Below are positions 1 through 9,398 of a DNA stretch of 64,000 nucleotides, piece after piece. Source of the DNA: Planctomycetota bacterium (GTDB taxonomy: Bacteria; Planctomycetota; UBA8108; SXIK01); the NCBI GenBank assembly GCA_965223265.1, contig OZ244999.1:2976001-3040000 (forward strand), read 5' to 3'. A program made the position numbers and the translations under genes. The stretch's first letter is position 1. Every line of letters starts with the position of its first letter. Under the pieces are notes generated by a model, which searched no databases, was not told the DNA's origin, and saw only the letters and a list, made by a program, of their open reading frames with translations.

Positions 1-1723
1 AGCAGAAGCTAAAAAGCAGCTCTACGGAGAAGTTGGCATCGATATGCTTGCCGGTCCCAGCGAGATTGTCGTTTACGCCGACCATTCCGCTGAACCCGCG
101 TGGGTAGCCGCCGACTTGATGGCCCAGGCCGAGCACGACGAAGACACGCGCATCACGGTTCTCGCTAGCAGTCAGGTCGTCCTTGAAGCTGTGACCTCCG
201 CTTTCGAGCGTGGCATCGAAGACCAGCCGCGGCGCGAGACGATCGCAGCGGCTTGGAAGAATCACGGTCGCGCCGAGGTTGTCGCCGATCCAGCGACGGC
301 GGCGGCACGCATCGATGAAATCGCCCCGGAGCACCTATCGCTGCAGGTGGACGAGCCGTGGCAAACGCTCACGTTGATCCACAACGCCGGCGCTATTTTT
401 CTTGGTCCCAACAGTCCAGTGGCCATGGGCGATTATTACGCTGGCCCCAACCACGTGCTTCCCACCGGAACGACGGCGCGCTTTTCGTCATGTTTGTCGG
501 TGGAAGACTTCATGAAGAGGTCGAACGTCTGTGAGTTGAACCGTGATTTTCTGGTTCAGCACGGCGAGCGCGTCGAGACGTTGGCGCACGGGGAAGGTCT
601 GCCAGCCCACGCCAACAGTGTGCGTCTTCGCCGTCAACCAACAGCGGGGCCTCGCGCCCGGCGTGGGGTGCGGACGGTGCGTGGTTATGACATCGTCGAG
701 GAAGACGCGGCGGTGAAGCTGAACCAAAACGAGTCGCCGTGGGATCTTCCCGAAGAAATCAAAGACGAAGTCGCCTCCCGCCTACGCCGACTCGAGTGGA
801 ACCGATATCACCAGAAGGTGCCGAGTGAATTCCTTGATCGCCTGGCTGCCACCGACGGCGTGCGTCCAGAGCAGGTGATTGCCGCCTCCGGTTCGAATTT
901 GCTCCTGCAGTGGATCTTTGAGGCGTATGCCGCCCCGGGCGCCGTCGTCGTCTGTCCGCGACCGTCGTTCTCGCTTTATTCCCTTTGGGCAGGCGTGTGC
1001 GAATGCGCCCTCCGTGAGGTCGAGTTCGGTGATGGTTTCGCGTACGAAGTCGAGCCGTTTCTGGCGCGGATTCGGGCTCACAGGCCCGCGCTGACGATTC
1101 TGTGTCTGCCGAACAATCCCACAGGGAGCGAGATGCGCACCGAGGATGTCGTCAGGATCGCCAGGGAGGTCGGTGAGTGCGGTGGTGTGCTGGTCGTTGA
1201 CGAAGCGTACCGAGACTTTTCAGGCGGTGAATTCGATCGCACCGCGCTTTGCGATCGGTTTGATCATGTCATACTCCTGCGTACCTTTTCTAAGGCTTAC
1301 GCCGCCGCCGGTGTTCGCCTTGGCTACGCGGTCGCGCCCGAGGGCATCATCTCCGAACTGCGTAAGGTCATGCCGCCGTTTCACTTGAACCTCTTTGCTG
1401 CTGTGCTCGGCATCACGGTACTCGAACGTCGCGGAGTGTTCTCGCGCAGAATCCAAGATCTGCTGACCGAGCGCGACGATCTAATCGCGGCGCTTAGGGC
1501 TCTGCCAACTGTCGAAGTCGTGCCAACACACGCAAATTTTTTTCTGGTACGAGTAGGAGGAGATGCGGCTCGCGTCTTTGCCGAACTGAAAGAGAGAGAT
1601 GTGTTGGTGCGGCGCGTCGATCCGCGTCAGCTGGGCGGGGAGTACTTACGCGTGAACGTCGGTACACCCGACGAGAATCGGCGCTTGCTTGCCGCCGTGT
1701 CAGAGGTAATAGCTGGCCGATAA
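1..1723 (+). CDS. hisD-hisC: Histidinol dehydrogenase (C-terminal part) fused in frame to histidinol-phosphate aminotransferase; 5' end lies outside the window
   Basis: Frame is open from position 2 (AEAKKQLYGEVGIDMLAGPSE). HisD motifs AQAEHD, APEHL, GDYYAGPNHVLPT and EGLPAHANSV are followed with no stop by HisC motifs KLNQNESPW, PNNPTG, VDEAY and RTFSKAYAAAGVRLGY (PLP lysine). Confidence 0.93.
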   Translation, partial: AEAKKQLYGEVGIDMLAGPSEIVVYADHSAEPAWVAADLMAQAEHDEDTRITVLASSQVVLEAVTSAFERGIEDQPRRETIAAAWKNHGRAEVVADPATAAARIDEIAPEHLSLQVDEPWQTLTLIHNAGAIFLGPNSPVAMGDYYAGPNHVLPTGTTARFSSCLSVEDFMKRSNVCELNRDFLVQHGERVETLAHGEGLPAHANSVRLRRQPTAGPRARRGVRTVRGYDIVEEDAAVKLNQNESPWDLPEEIKDEVASRLRRLEWNRYHQKVPSEFLDRLAATDGVRPEQVIAASGSNLLLQWIFEAYAAPGAVVVCPRPSFSLYSLWAGVCECALREVEFGDGFAYEVEPFLARIRAHRPALTILCLPNNPTGSEMRTEDVVRIAREVGECGGVLVVDEAYRDFSGGEFDRTALCDRFDHVILLRTFSKAYAAAGVRLGYAVAPEGIISELRKVMPPFHLNLFAAVLGITVLERRGVFSRRIQDLLTERDDLIAALRALPTVEVVPTHANFFLVRVGGDAARVFAELKERDVLVRRVDPRQLGGEYLRVNVGTPDENRRLLAAVSEVIAGR

Positions 1724-1966
1724 AGCGTAGCGATCGCGGCACCAACACTTGCTTGGTGCTCGAGTGCCGCTGCGGCGCGCCGGCGGTCGAGATAATAGAT
1801 GTCAAAGACGCGGTACGCCGCCGCGGTTGGAGTCCTGCCGGTGCGCGTGCTATGGTGAAAGACAGTACGAAGTCGAACGCAAGTCTTGAAGAATTGATGA
1901 GTGGTGAGAATTCATGATTGCGTCGCTATATTTTGAGCGAAAACTGAGAATTCAGGAAGAAATAAG

Positions 1967-2596
1967 ATGAGCGCAGCCAAGCGACCCCGGAAAGCGGAGC
2001 GTCGGCGACGGACGGGCGAGACGCAAATTCATGTCGCCCTTGCGCTCGACGAACTGGGGAACGTCGATGTCGAGACGGGTGTTGGATTCTTCGATCACAT
2101 GCTCACAGCACTCGGCACTCACGCGCGCTGGTCGCTCTACGTTCGCGGCAGCGGCGACCTCCACGTCGATCAACACCACCTCGTCGAAGACGTGGGCATT
2201 GTGCTTGGTGAAGCGTTTTGGAACGCGCTCGGCGGTGAACGCCGTATCCAGCGCTTCGCGGCCGCGTACGCTCCACTGGACGATTCGCTCGCTAGAGCCG
2301 TCGTCGATCTGAGTGGGCGATCCTACCTTCACTATGAGGTGAAGATCTCACGTCCTTTTGTCGGGCAATTCGATACAGATCTCGTGCTCGAGTTCTTTCA
2401 AGCTTTTGTGGCCAACGCCCATCTCAACTTACATCTTGATCTTTTGCGCGGGGCGAACGCGCACCATCAGATCGAAGCCCTCTTCAAGGCTGTGGCGATC
2501 GCACTCAGAGACGCCGTTCGAATCCAGCCGGAACTCACCGCTGTGCCGTCGACGAAGGGCACGCTGACCGAGGAGTCGGCACGTGTTGACCCATGA
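1967..2596 (+). CDS. hisB: Imidazoleglycerol-phosphate dehydratase
   Basis: RRTGETQI, GVGFFDHML, GDLHVDQHHLVEDVGI and NAHHQIEALFKA motifs, plus a VPSTKG C-terminus. Confidence 0.96.
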   Translation: MSAAKRPRKAERRRRTGETQIHVALALDELGNVDVETGVGFFDHMLTALGTHARWSLYVRGSGDLHVDQHHLVEDVGIVLGEAFWNALGGERRIQRFAAAYAPLDDSLARAVVDLSGRSYLHYEVKISRPFVGQFDTDLVLEFFQAFVANAHLNLHLDLLRGANAHHQIEALFKAVAIALRDAVRIQPELTAVPSTKGTLTEESARVDP

Positions 2597-2625
2597 TGCG
2601 TGCAGCGTGACGAGAAAGTCTCCCA

Positions 2626-3387
2626 ATGGTTCAATTTCCTGATTTTCCACGCCCACGCGTCTTTCCTGCGATCGACGTGCGTGGTGGAAGGTGTGTCCGA
2701 TTGATCCGCGGTGCACGCGATGCCGAGCTCTTCTACGACCCTGATCCGGTGGCCGTGGCAAGCCGCTGGGTGGACGCGGGAGCGGAGTGTCTTCACGTGA
2801 TCGACCTGGGCGCTGCGTTCGGTGAGGACTCATCCATCGATGTGATCGAGCGCATCGCGGCACAGGTGCCGATTCCAGTGCAGACCGGTGGGGGAGTCCG
2901 AGACGACGTCACCGTTGAGCGGTTGCTTGCCGGCGGCATCGGGCGCGTGATCCTCGGGACGCGCGCGTTCAAAGACTTGGAGTTCTTGCGCCGGGTCGTC
3001 GAGCGTCACGGTGCGACGCGGGTCATGGTGTCTCTCGATTGCGAGGGCGAGCGGGTCAAGGTCAGTGGCTGGGAGGCTGAGAGTCCTCTGAGCATCGACG
3101 GGGCACTCGAGCACATCGAAGAGGCTGGAGTCTCGCGATTGCTCGTCACGGCCACGGATCGCGATGGGACACTCAGTGGCATTCGGATCGACCTGATGGA
3201 GCGAGTTCTGCGCCAGTCGCGCGCCAAGGTCGTGGCCGCCGGAGGCGTGGGCGCGCTTGAGCACGTCCAAGAGGCGCTATCGTTGGGCCATGAGCGCCTC
3301 GAGGGTGTGGTTGTTGGTCGGGCGCTTTACGAAGGAACTGTCGATCTGCGCGCTGCACTCAAGTTGAGCGATGCAGGGGAAGCATAA
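2626..3387 (+). CDS. hisA: ProFAR isomerase
   Basis: PAIDVRGGRCVRL, LHVIDL, QTGGGVR, RDGTLSG and VVGRALYEG motifs. Confidence 0.95.
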   Translation: MVQFPDFPRPRVFPAIDVRGGRCVRLIRGARDAELFYDPDPVAVASRWVDAGAECLHVIDLGAAFGEDSSIDVIERIAAQVPIPVQTGGGVRDDVTVERLLAGGIGRVILGTRAFKDLEFLRRVVERHGATRVMVSLDCEGERVKVSGWEAESPLSIDGALEHIEEAGVSRLLVTATDRDGTLSGIRIDLMERVLRQSRAKVVAAGGVGALEHVQEALSLGHERLEGVVVGRALYEGTVDLRAALKLSDAGEA

Positions 3388-3478
3388 GCCGCGGTGCACG
3401 TTTCGGTGGTTCGATGAACGGCTGACACGACGTTGAGCCTGTCAGATACCGGGCGAAAAACAAGGTAGAATCTTATCG

Positions 3479-3901
3479 ATGAATCAACCAACAGGGAATG
3501 CACACGCTAGTGCTGATGCCTTAGACCTCGTTCGTTTCGACGATTCTGGCCTGGTGCCAGCCGTCGTCCAAGACGCGATGGACGGGCAGGTGTTGATGGT
3601 TGCGTACATGAACCGAGAGTCGCTGCGTCGCACCCTTGAGTCGGGATTGACTTGCTTTTGGAGCCGTTCCCGACAGGAATACTGGGTCAAGGGACTGACG
3701 TCCGGCAACACTCAGAAGGTCGTCAGTCTTTCAGTTGACTGCGATGAAGATTGCCTCCTCATCGTCGTCGAGCAGCAAGGCAAGGGCGTTGCGTGTCACA
3801 CGGGAAAGCGTACCTGCTTCTTTCGCCAGGTGGACCCGGTCAAGCGAACGCTGCACGAGCTCGACGCATCGACGCCTCACTTCCTGCTGGGGAAGTCGTG
3901 A
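3479..3901 (+). CDS. hisI: Phosphoribosyl-AMP cyclohydrolase
   Basis: GLVPAVVQD, WSRSRQEYWVKGLTSGN, DCDED and ACHTGKRTCF motifs; no HisE domain follows. Confidence 0.95.
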   Translation: MNQPTGNAHASADALDLVRFDDSGLVPAVVQDAMDGQVLMVAYMNRESLRRTLESGLTCFWSRSRQEYWVKGLTSGNTQKVVSLSVDCDEDCLLIVVEQQGKGVACHTGKRTCFFRQVDPVKRTLHELDASTPHFLLGKS

Positions 3902-3954
3902 ATTCCTCGGCGTGCTGATGTTGGTGGGGGTAGTGCTGACGCCGTTGGCGCCGA

Positions 3955-5478
3955 TCAAGCACGAAGATCTTTTCGCAGGATTTTTCCGGTCGGCCCTTTC
4001 GGCAGCTCCGGCAGAATCTCGACCAATCTCGGGTACTTGGTCGCCGCGAGGTTCTGTTTGCAGAATTCCCGGATGTCTTCAGCGGAGGCCTGCCCTTTGA
4101 GAGCGACAACCGCTTTGATTTCCTCACCATACTGATCGTCGGCGACGCCGATGACTGCCGCCTCACTCACGGCCGGATGGGAATAAAGCACCTCTTCGAC
4201 CTCGCGCGGGTACACGTTGAATCCACCGCGGATGATCATGTCTTTCTTGCGGTCGACGATGTAGAAGTACCCGTCTTCGTCTTGACGCCCCATGTCACCG
4301 CTATGGAACCAGCCGCTGCGACAGGCTTCGGCGGTCGCCTCCGGTCTGCCGTAGTAGCCCTTCATTACGTTGTAGCCGCGAATGACGACCTCGCCGACTT
4401 CGCCGACGGGGAGCTCATTGTCGTTTGGGTCGAAGATTTTGACGTCGCAGCCGAAAATTGGCTCGCCGATCGAACCCGGCTTCCTCTCTTTGTAGAGGAC
4501 GTTGAACGTCGCGACCGGAGAGGTTTCGGAGAGGCCGTAGCCTTCGAGGATTTTGACGCCGTAGCGTTTATCGAAAGCGTGCATCACGTCGACCGGCATC
4601 GCGGCACCGCCAGAGAAACAGTACTGGAGGCTTGAGAGGTCGTAGCTCTCCGCGTCGTCGACGTTCAGCAGCTGAAAGTACATCGTCGGAACGCCCGAGA
4701 AGAGCGTCGCGCGGTCGCGTTGCATGACACTGAGAACGTGCTCTGGGGTGAACTTCTGAATGTAAGTGAGTGTCGCGCCGCCGTACATGGCGCTGTTTTG
4801 GTTGCAGGTTTGGCCAAACGAGTGAAACAGGGGCAGGACGGACACGAGCACATGACCTGGTCCAATGCTCTCAGATCTCTCGGGCGTCGAGAGGAGGCGT
4901 TCATTGGAGATTTGAGCGTTGGAGTAGAGGTTGAAGTGCGTCAGCTCTGCCCCTTTGGGCTGCCCCGTCGTTCCCGAAGTGTACAAGATGACGGCGGTGT
5001 CGTCTGATCGAGTCACCGCGATTTCACAGTGGGCGCCGTGGTCGATCTGTTTGCCGTTTTGAACCGTCAGCGGCCCATCTTGCTCGTTGACTATGAAGAG
5101 GTGATGGCAGTCGGGAGCGGCCTCGAACCCTTGCTGGGCGCTGGTGGCGTAATCGATCCATGCCACTATAGCGACCGCGCCGGAGTCGTTGAGCGAGTAT
5201 GCGACTTCACGTCCAACTGAGAGAAAGCTGATCGGGACCACAACCGCGCCAGCATGAAGGATGCCAAAATAGGCGATCGTGAAGCTCATGCAGTTGGGGA
5301 CGAGGAGTGCAACTCGGTCGCCCGGCCGTACACCCACGTCGATGAGGTGAGACGCGAACGCCTCGACGCGGGCGGATACTTCCGCGAATGTCATTCGCTC
5401 GTCGTCGTCGATGAGCGCGGTATGCTCGGGGTAATAACGGGCAGAGTTGCCGACAATGCTGGCGAGGTTCAGGCTCAT
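3955..5478 (-). CDS. Long-chain fatty-acid--CoA ligase (ANL superfamily)
   Basis: YTSGTTGQPKG, EGYGLSETSP, SGDMG, DRKKDMIIRGGFNVYPREVEE and PKGPTGK motifs. Confidence 0.92.
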   Translation of the reverse strand: MSLNLASIVGNSARYYPEHTALIDDDERMTFAEVSARVEAFASHLIDVGVRPGDRVALLVPNCMSFTIAYFGILHAGAVVVPISFLSVGREVAYSLNDSGAVAIVAWIDYATSAQQGFEAAPDCHHLFIVNEQDGPLTVQNGKQIDHGAHCEIAVTRSDDTAVILYTSGTTGQPKGAELTHFNLYSNAQISNERLLSTPERSESIGPGHVLVSVLPLFHSFGQTCNQNSAMYGGATLTYIQKFTPEHVLSVMQRDRATLFSGVPTMYFQLLNVDDAESYDLSSLQYCFSGGAAMPVDVMHAFDKRYGVKILEGYGLSETSPVATFNVLYKERKPGSIGEPIFGCDVKIFDPNDNELPVGEVGEVVIRGYNVMKGYYGRPEATAEACRSGWFHSGDMGRQDEDGYFYIVDRKKDMIIRGGFNVYPREVEEVLYSHPAVSEAAVIGVADDQYGEEIKAVVALKGQASAEDIREFCKQNLAATKYPRLVEILPELPKGPTGKILRKDLRA

Positions 5479-5520
5479 TGGCGGTCCTTCGTCCTTCAGT
5501 GGTGCTCAGCGCTTAGTTAG

Positions 5521-5586
5521 CAGCCCGCTGAGAATGTCCTTCGACCGAGAAACTGGCTCTTTTCGAAGCACTTATTCAGCGCGCTG
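5521..5586. mobile_element. Internally deleted MITE family A copy (66 bp) flanked by TTAG
   Basis: Begins CAGCCCGCTGAGAATGTC and ends CACTTATTCAGCGCGCTG, degenerate versions of the ends at 46765 and 59784. TTAG at 5517-5520 and 5587-5590. Confidence 0.7.
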
Positions 5587-5783
5587 TTAGAGGGTTTCAG
5601 AGCGCGCACCGCGAGGGAACAAGGCGCGCGTGCCGCCCATCACAACACGATCGACCTTTGTGTCAAGCCCTCGGCCTCAGCCCCAATCGTGCCTGCGACG
5701 CCGACCTGGACGTTCGAAAAGGACGATCGTCCTTCCATTTGGCAGCGCAAGCGCCGTGAACGCCGAGTCGGCGCTGTGAGTCG

Positions 5784-6773
5784 CTAGCGGCGACGGAGCA
5801 AGCTGCGGAGGTCGTTCGAGGTATCCTTTTCGGGAATGTCCTCCGCCGATTGCGTGGCTTCATCGTCAGACGGCTCCTTCTCGGTCGGTGTCTGCAAGAT
5901 TTCGAACGACCGAATGCTCTCGGCGATGGATTCTCGCAGCTTTTCGAAGTTTCGCGCCGATGACGAATACGTTAGGACGAACACAGATTCTTCATTGCTG
6001 GCGAAGATTTGTACCTGACGTACGGACTCTCCCGCGAGGGTGCTCTTGACGTCGAAGAGCCAGGCGCGAAACGGAGCGCCGACGAGGGGTTGGTCGCGAA
6101 CGACCTTGAAGTTCGATACTTGCAGCGCGTAGGAGCGTGCAGCGCGTCGCTTGATGGCTTCGATCGACTCGGACGACGGGTATGTCAGGATCGTCAAGTT
6201 GGCCTGGTGCACGAGATCCCGGAAATATGCGGCGATGCGCGCATCTCCGTGCTCAGGCCCGGGAAAAAAGCCTTTCGGTGGAGCGATCGAGAAGCTGCGT
6301 TCGGAATCCGAAAAGCGCGGCTCGACGAGCTTTGGATCGGTAGGTAGCCTTCGGGCGCCGTCGCTTGTGTTTCCGGCCTTCGTAGCTGTGGTCGTTTGCG
6401 TCGGAGCCACCGGGGCCGGATCGAAAGACGGGAATGTTCCGCTGGCCTGTACTGGCGGTTTCCGCTGCGGGATCGATGCAGGCTGATCGTTCGACCACTC
6501 GCGAGGCGCGTCGAGCTGCGGCCTGCTCCGCATCCCATCCTCCCCGATCAGGTTGCGCCGGTAATAACGCACACGAGCCTTCGTGAACGAAATGACGCCG
6601 CCTCCCTTGAGCCGCACGGAGACTTCGCGTTCATCGGCTCGCAGGATGTCGCCGAAGAAGACTTCCCCTGTGACCAACTCGACGCGATCAGCTCGCACAG
6701 AGCTTATGCAAACGATCGTCGCAGTCAGCGTCAACAAGGTCGCATGAAGGCGGCGGTAGATGGCTTGTGACAT
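5784..6773 (-). CDS. Secreted hypothetical protein with a C-terminal PsbP/DcrB-like domain
   Basis: Signal-like hydrophobic segment ending VRA-D, a Pro/Thr-rich linker, then FSIAPPKG...VFVLTYSS...SIRSFEI. Start chosen at the ATG after GGAGA; upstream starts are possible. Confidence 0.6.
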   Translation of the reverse strand: MSQAIYRRLHATLLTLTATIVCISSVRADRVELVTGEVFFGDILRADEREVSVRLKGGGVISFTKARVRYYRRNLIGEDGMRSRPQLDAPREWSNDQPASIPQRKPPVQASGTFPSFDPAPVAPTQTTTATKAGNTSDGARRLPTDPKLVEPRFSDSERSFSIAPPKGFFPGPEHGDARIAAYFRDLVHQANLTILTYPSSESIEAIKRRAARSYALQVSNFKVVRDQPLVGAPFRAWLFDVKSTLAGESVRQVQIFASNEESVFVLTYSSSARNFEKLRESIAESIRSFEILQTPTEKEPSDDEATQSAEDIPEKDTSNDLRSLLRRR

Positions 6774-7060
6774 GGACTCTCCGACGTCCTCTTCAGACCG
6801 GGAGGACATGGGCTTCCCGCCTCGAGCTCTTGTCGAACCGATGTGGCGGATGACCAAAAAGCGTAGGATGTTTTGACTTTCGCCGCCACTACGGCATGAA
6901 AAGCGCCTTGTAGGTAAGCTCGTCGATTTGGTGAGTTACCGGAATCGCGCATTGCCTGCACGTACAGGCGTGGCTCGATGTGGGCGTAAAGTGAGTTTTC
7001 GCCTCGGAGTTACTTCCTCAACGACCGCGAGAAAACCGCCGCAAGGCTTCTCTGAGCGCG

Positions 7061-8392
7061 CTACACATCGAGCCCGTGGCGAAGCCATTGCTTCCACTCT
7101 GCGACTTCGCTCGCCCGCTGCTCACCCGGCGCCCGTTTCCAAAAATCCGGATTGGCGATCGTCGGTTTGTGCGCGATCCGTGTCAGGCTCGTCGCCGCGG
7201 CAGCGCGAATCTCTCGACTGTCGGATTCTAGCAGTTCGACCAGCACTGCGGTCCAACCACGCCCCGTCACCGTCACCTCGCCAACCGTCTCGATCAAGCG
7301 AGCGCGCAGGCGTACCGGTTGGAATCGATCTCTCAACGCGGTCTTGATCTCCTCTAAGCTTGTCTCGAGCCAACTCTCGTCAAGCAGAAACGAGAACCTC
7401 GCGCGCTCGAGACGTGTGACGAAAGCTTCAAAGGCGAGGAACCGGAGTTCGAGGTCGTCGTTACTAAAGACGCGGCGGAGCTCCCTCAGAGCTCGTAGAT
7501 CGTCGAGGGCTCGAGCCTTCCCAAGTTCTTCGAGACACCAGCGTGTCGTCAGTCGGGTATCTGGAGTCGTTCTCTCGACCCGAGAGAGCAGGTGCCCGGT
7601 CACGTCAAATCCTTTTAAGAACAGCATCCATTTGGGCTCGAGCGCGCACAGCTCTTCGCGATCCATCGCGATCAGGCTACGGATACGATCGCTGAGTGGT
7701 TGGTCATTCGGCAGGTGTTTCTCGAGCACGAAGTAGACGATGGACCAAGCTAAGGCGTAGTTCAGCTCCTTGCTCTCGTCGTTGTGGAAGTCTTTCCAGC
7801 TCTTCGTGACGAGGTCGCGAAGTGTTGGTTTTTGCATCGAAGAAAACGCTGCGTCTCGCGCTACATAGTAGAGGAGTGGGTTGAAGAGCGGCTGTTCGAA
7901 TTGATGTTCGTTGAACTGGCTGACTTCTAGAGCGCCGGCGAGTCCTTCGTTGAGCCAACACTTGCTGCTGGCTTCAGGATAGAGCGTCACGGTGAAGTGA
8001 TGCGCGATCTCGTGAAGCAACACCTGTCGCAAGAGTACGCGGTTTTCAGGCCAGAGAGAGGTGGTGTCGATCGAGATGAAATTGAACAGAGGAATGTAAT
8101 AGCCGAGCACGTTGGGGACGCGACGATAATCCGTTACGTGAGTATCACTTCCCTTCAGAACGATCGTCATTTTCGCGACAGTGTCCGGAGGCAGGTCGAA
8201 GGACTCACAGTACGCGTCGGTGATTCGTGAGGTTTCCTGAGCCACGAGGCTGAGAAACTCCGGTGTCCGATCGCTATAGAGGAGGAAGCGCGAATCCGAA
8301 AAACTGTTCGTGTAAACGAGGCTGCATCCGGTCGACATGGCAAAGAGAGTCAGGATGCAGAAGCTGCACAAGAGCTGAGTGGGGCGTGGCAT
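7061..8392 (-). CDS. Lipoprotein with a gluzincin/DUF1570-like HExxH domain and HEAT-like C-terminus
   Basis: Lipobox-like STGC; LLHEIAHH followed by WLNEGLA; helical repeats such as LVELLESDSREIRAAAATSL. Confidence 0.7.
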   Translation of the reverse strand: MPRPTQLLCSFCILTLFAMSTGCSLVYTNSFSDSRFLLYSDRTPEFLSLVAQETSRITDAYCESFDLPPDTVAKMTIVLKGSDTHVTDYRRVPNVLGYYIPLFNFISIDTTSLWPENRVLLRQVLLHEIAHHFTVTLYPEASSKCWLNEGLAGALEVSQFNEHQFEQPLFNPLLYYVARDAAFSSMQKPTLRDLVTKSWKDFHNDESKELNYALAWSIVYFVLEKHLPNDQPLSDRIRSLIAMDREELCALEPKWMLFLKGFDVTGHLLSRVERTTPDTRLTTRWCLEELGKARALDDLRALRELRRVFSNDDLELRFLAFEAFVTRLERARFSFLLDESWLETSLEEIKTALRDRFQPVRLRARLIETVGEVTVTGRGWTAVLVELLESDSREIRAAAATSLTRIAHKPTIANPDFWKRAPGEQRASEVAEWKQWLRHGLDV

Positions 8393-8478
8393 TGGCGGGT
8401 TGTGCTAGGAGGGGACGTGGCAGGAAGCGTTGAGGCGACTGGGAAGGGGGGCGGGTGCTTTGTGTTTTCGAGGCTCGA

Positions 8479-8540
8479 CGCGGTCGAGCTGGGCGTGAAG
8501 AGGCCGGTTTCTCAGCCGAATGACTTTTTCAGGCGGGCTG
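8479..8540 (-). mobile_element. Partial MITE family A copy (left arm, reverse orientation)
   Basis: CGCGGTCGAGCTGGGCGTGAAGAGGCCGGTTTCTCAGCCGAATGACTTTTTCAGGCGGGCTG is nearly the reverse complement of the first ~60 bp at 59784; followed by TTAG. Confidence 0.8.
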
Positions 8541-8544
8541 TTAG

Positions 8545-8798
8545 CTCGAGTTTGGCCATTTCGCGTCGAGCCTGGGAAAGCCAGGAGCGTCGAGGCCAAG
8601 GAGCGACGACAACGCGATCCCGCTGCGATCGTGGCGGAGGAGCGACGCAGGCATCGGCGCTCCTGGCTTTCCCCGAAGGGCCGGACAGGAGTTTTTGAAC
8701 ATGCACAAGGGTTCTCAGGGTACTAAAAAGTCGAAAGGGCCTTTGAATTCCCGCGAAACTCGTCCGGCCAGGCCGGCGCGAAATGGCCAAACTCGAGG
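8545..8798. mobile_element. MITE family C copy 1
   Basis: Terminal inverted repeats CTCGAGTTTGGCCATTTCGCG...CGCGAAATGGCCAAACTCGAGG, with TTAG on both sides; homologous to 34458-34696. Confidence 0.85.
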
Positions 8799-8803
8799 TT
8801 AGG

Positions 8804-9151
8804 TTAGGCAGGGCGTCGGTAGAGGATGACCCGTACTCTGGAATCGGCGTCCACGGTTTGTACATCGTCGGTGATGATCTGCACCCTGGCCACCTTGTGG
8901 TATCTGTTTCCGGCTGGCACGAGGAAGTCGAACCGTGCTTCATAAAGAGGCGGGGCGTCGTCGTTGCCCGTCCAGGTCGAGAGCTTTTCACGCGCGATTC
9001 GTTCATACATCTCGGCTTCAAGCTCGCGTTCGACGAAGACTGTATAGACGACGACGTCTTTGTGGGCGCGCCAGGAATTGACCCAGTAAACCGTGGGCGA
9101 GTGACACGAAGTCACGATCAACATGAGACAGAAGGCGAGTGTGAGGCGCAT
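8804..9151 (-). CDS. Small hypothetical lipoprotein
   Basis: MRLTLAFCLMLIVTSC lipoprotein signal; protein-like composition. Confidence 0.65.
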   Translation of the reverse strand: MRLTLAFCLMLIVTSCHSPTVYWVNSWRAHKDVVVYTVFVERELEAEMYERIAREKLSTWTGNDDAPPLYEARFDFLVPAGNRYHKVARVQIITDDVQTVDADSRVRVILYRRPA

Positions 9152-9254
9152 CGGATGGTCTCAGAGCACTGATCGACGAACCGCGACGACGCAGTACGAA
9201 CGTAGGTCTTACTGCGAATTCCATGCCGCGGTGCTGGCCTGAGCGGCTTGTTAG

Positions 9255-9280
9255 CAGCTGGCCTGAAAGAGTGCTTCGAG
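9255..9280. repeat. Degenerate fragment of the MITE family A end
   Basis: TTAG then CAGCTGGCCTGAAAGAGTGCTTCGAG, resembling the reverse complement of the family A right end (CAGCCTGTTGAAAAAGTGCTTCGAG). Confidence 0.45.
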
Positions 9281-9398
9281 ATGCGGGTCGCCTGTGGCGC
9301 GAGCGCCTTTCAACCGAGTCGCAGCGGCTGGGAACGTTCTTGCCCCGGCGACGCGGGTGCCGGGCACTCCCGGTCGCTCGCGAGAGGAACCTTCAGAG

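Noticed and set aside
8512-9021. ORFs crossing MITE C (also 34247-34804) as transposase fragments
   Set aside because: Their shared peptide comes from the repeat itself; no DDE or HUH motifs are visible.
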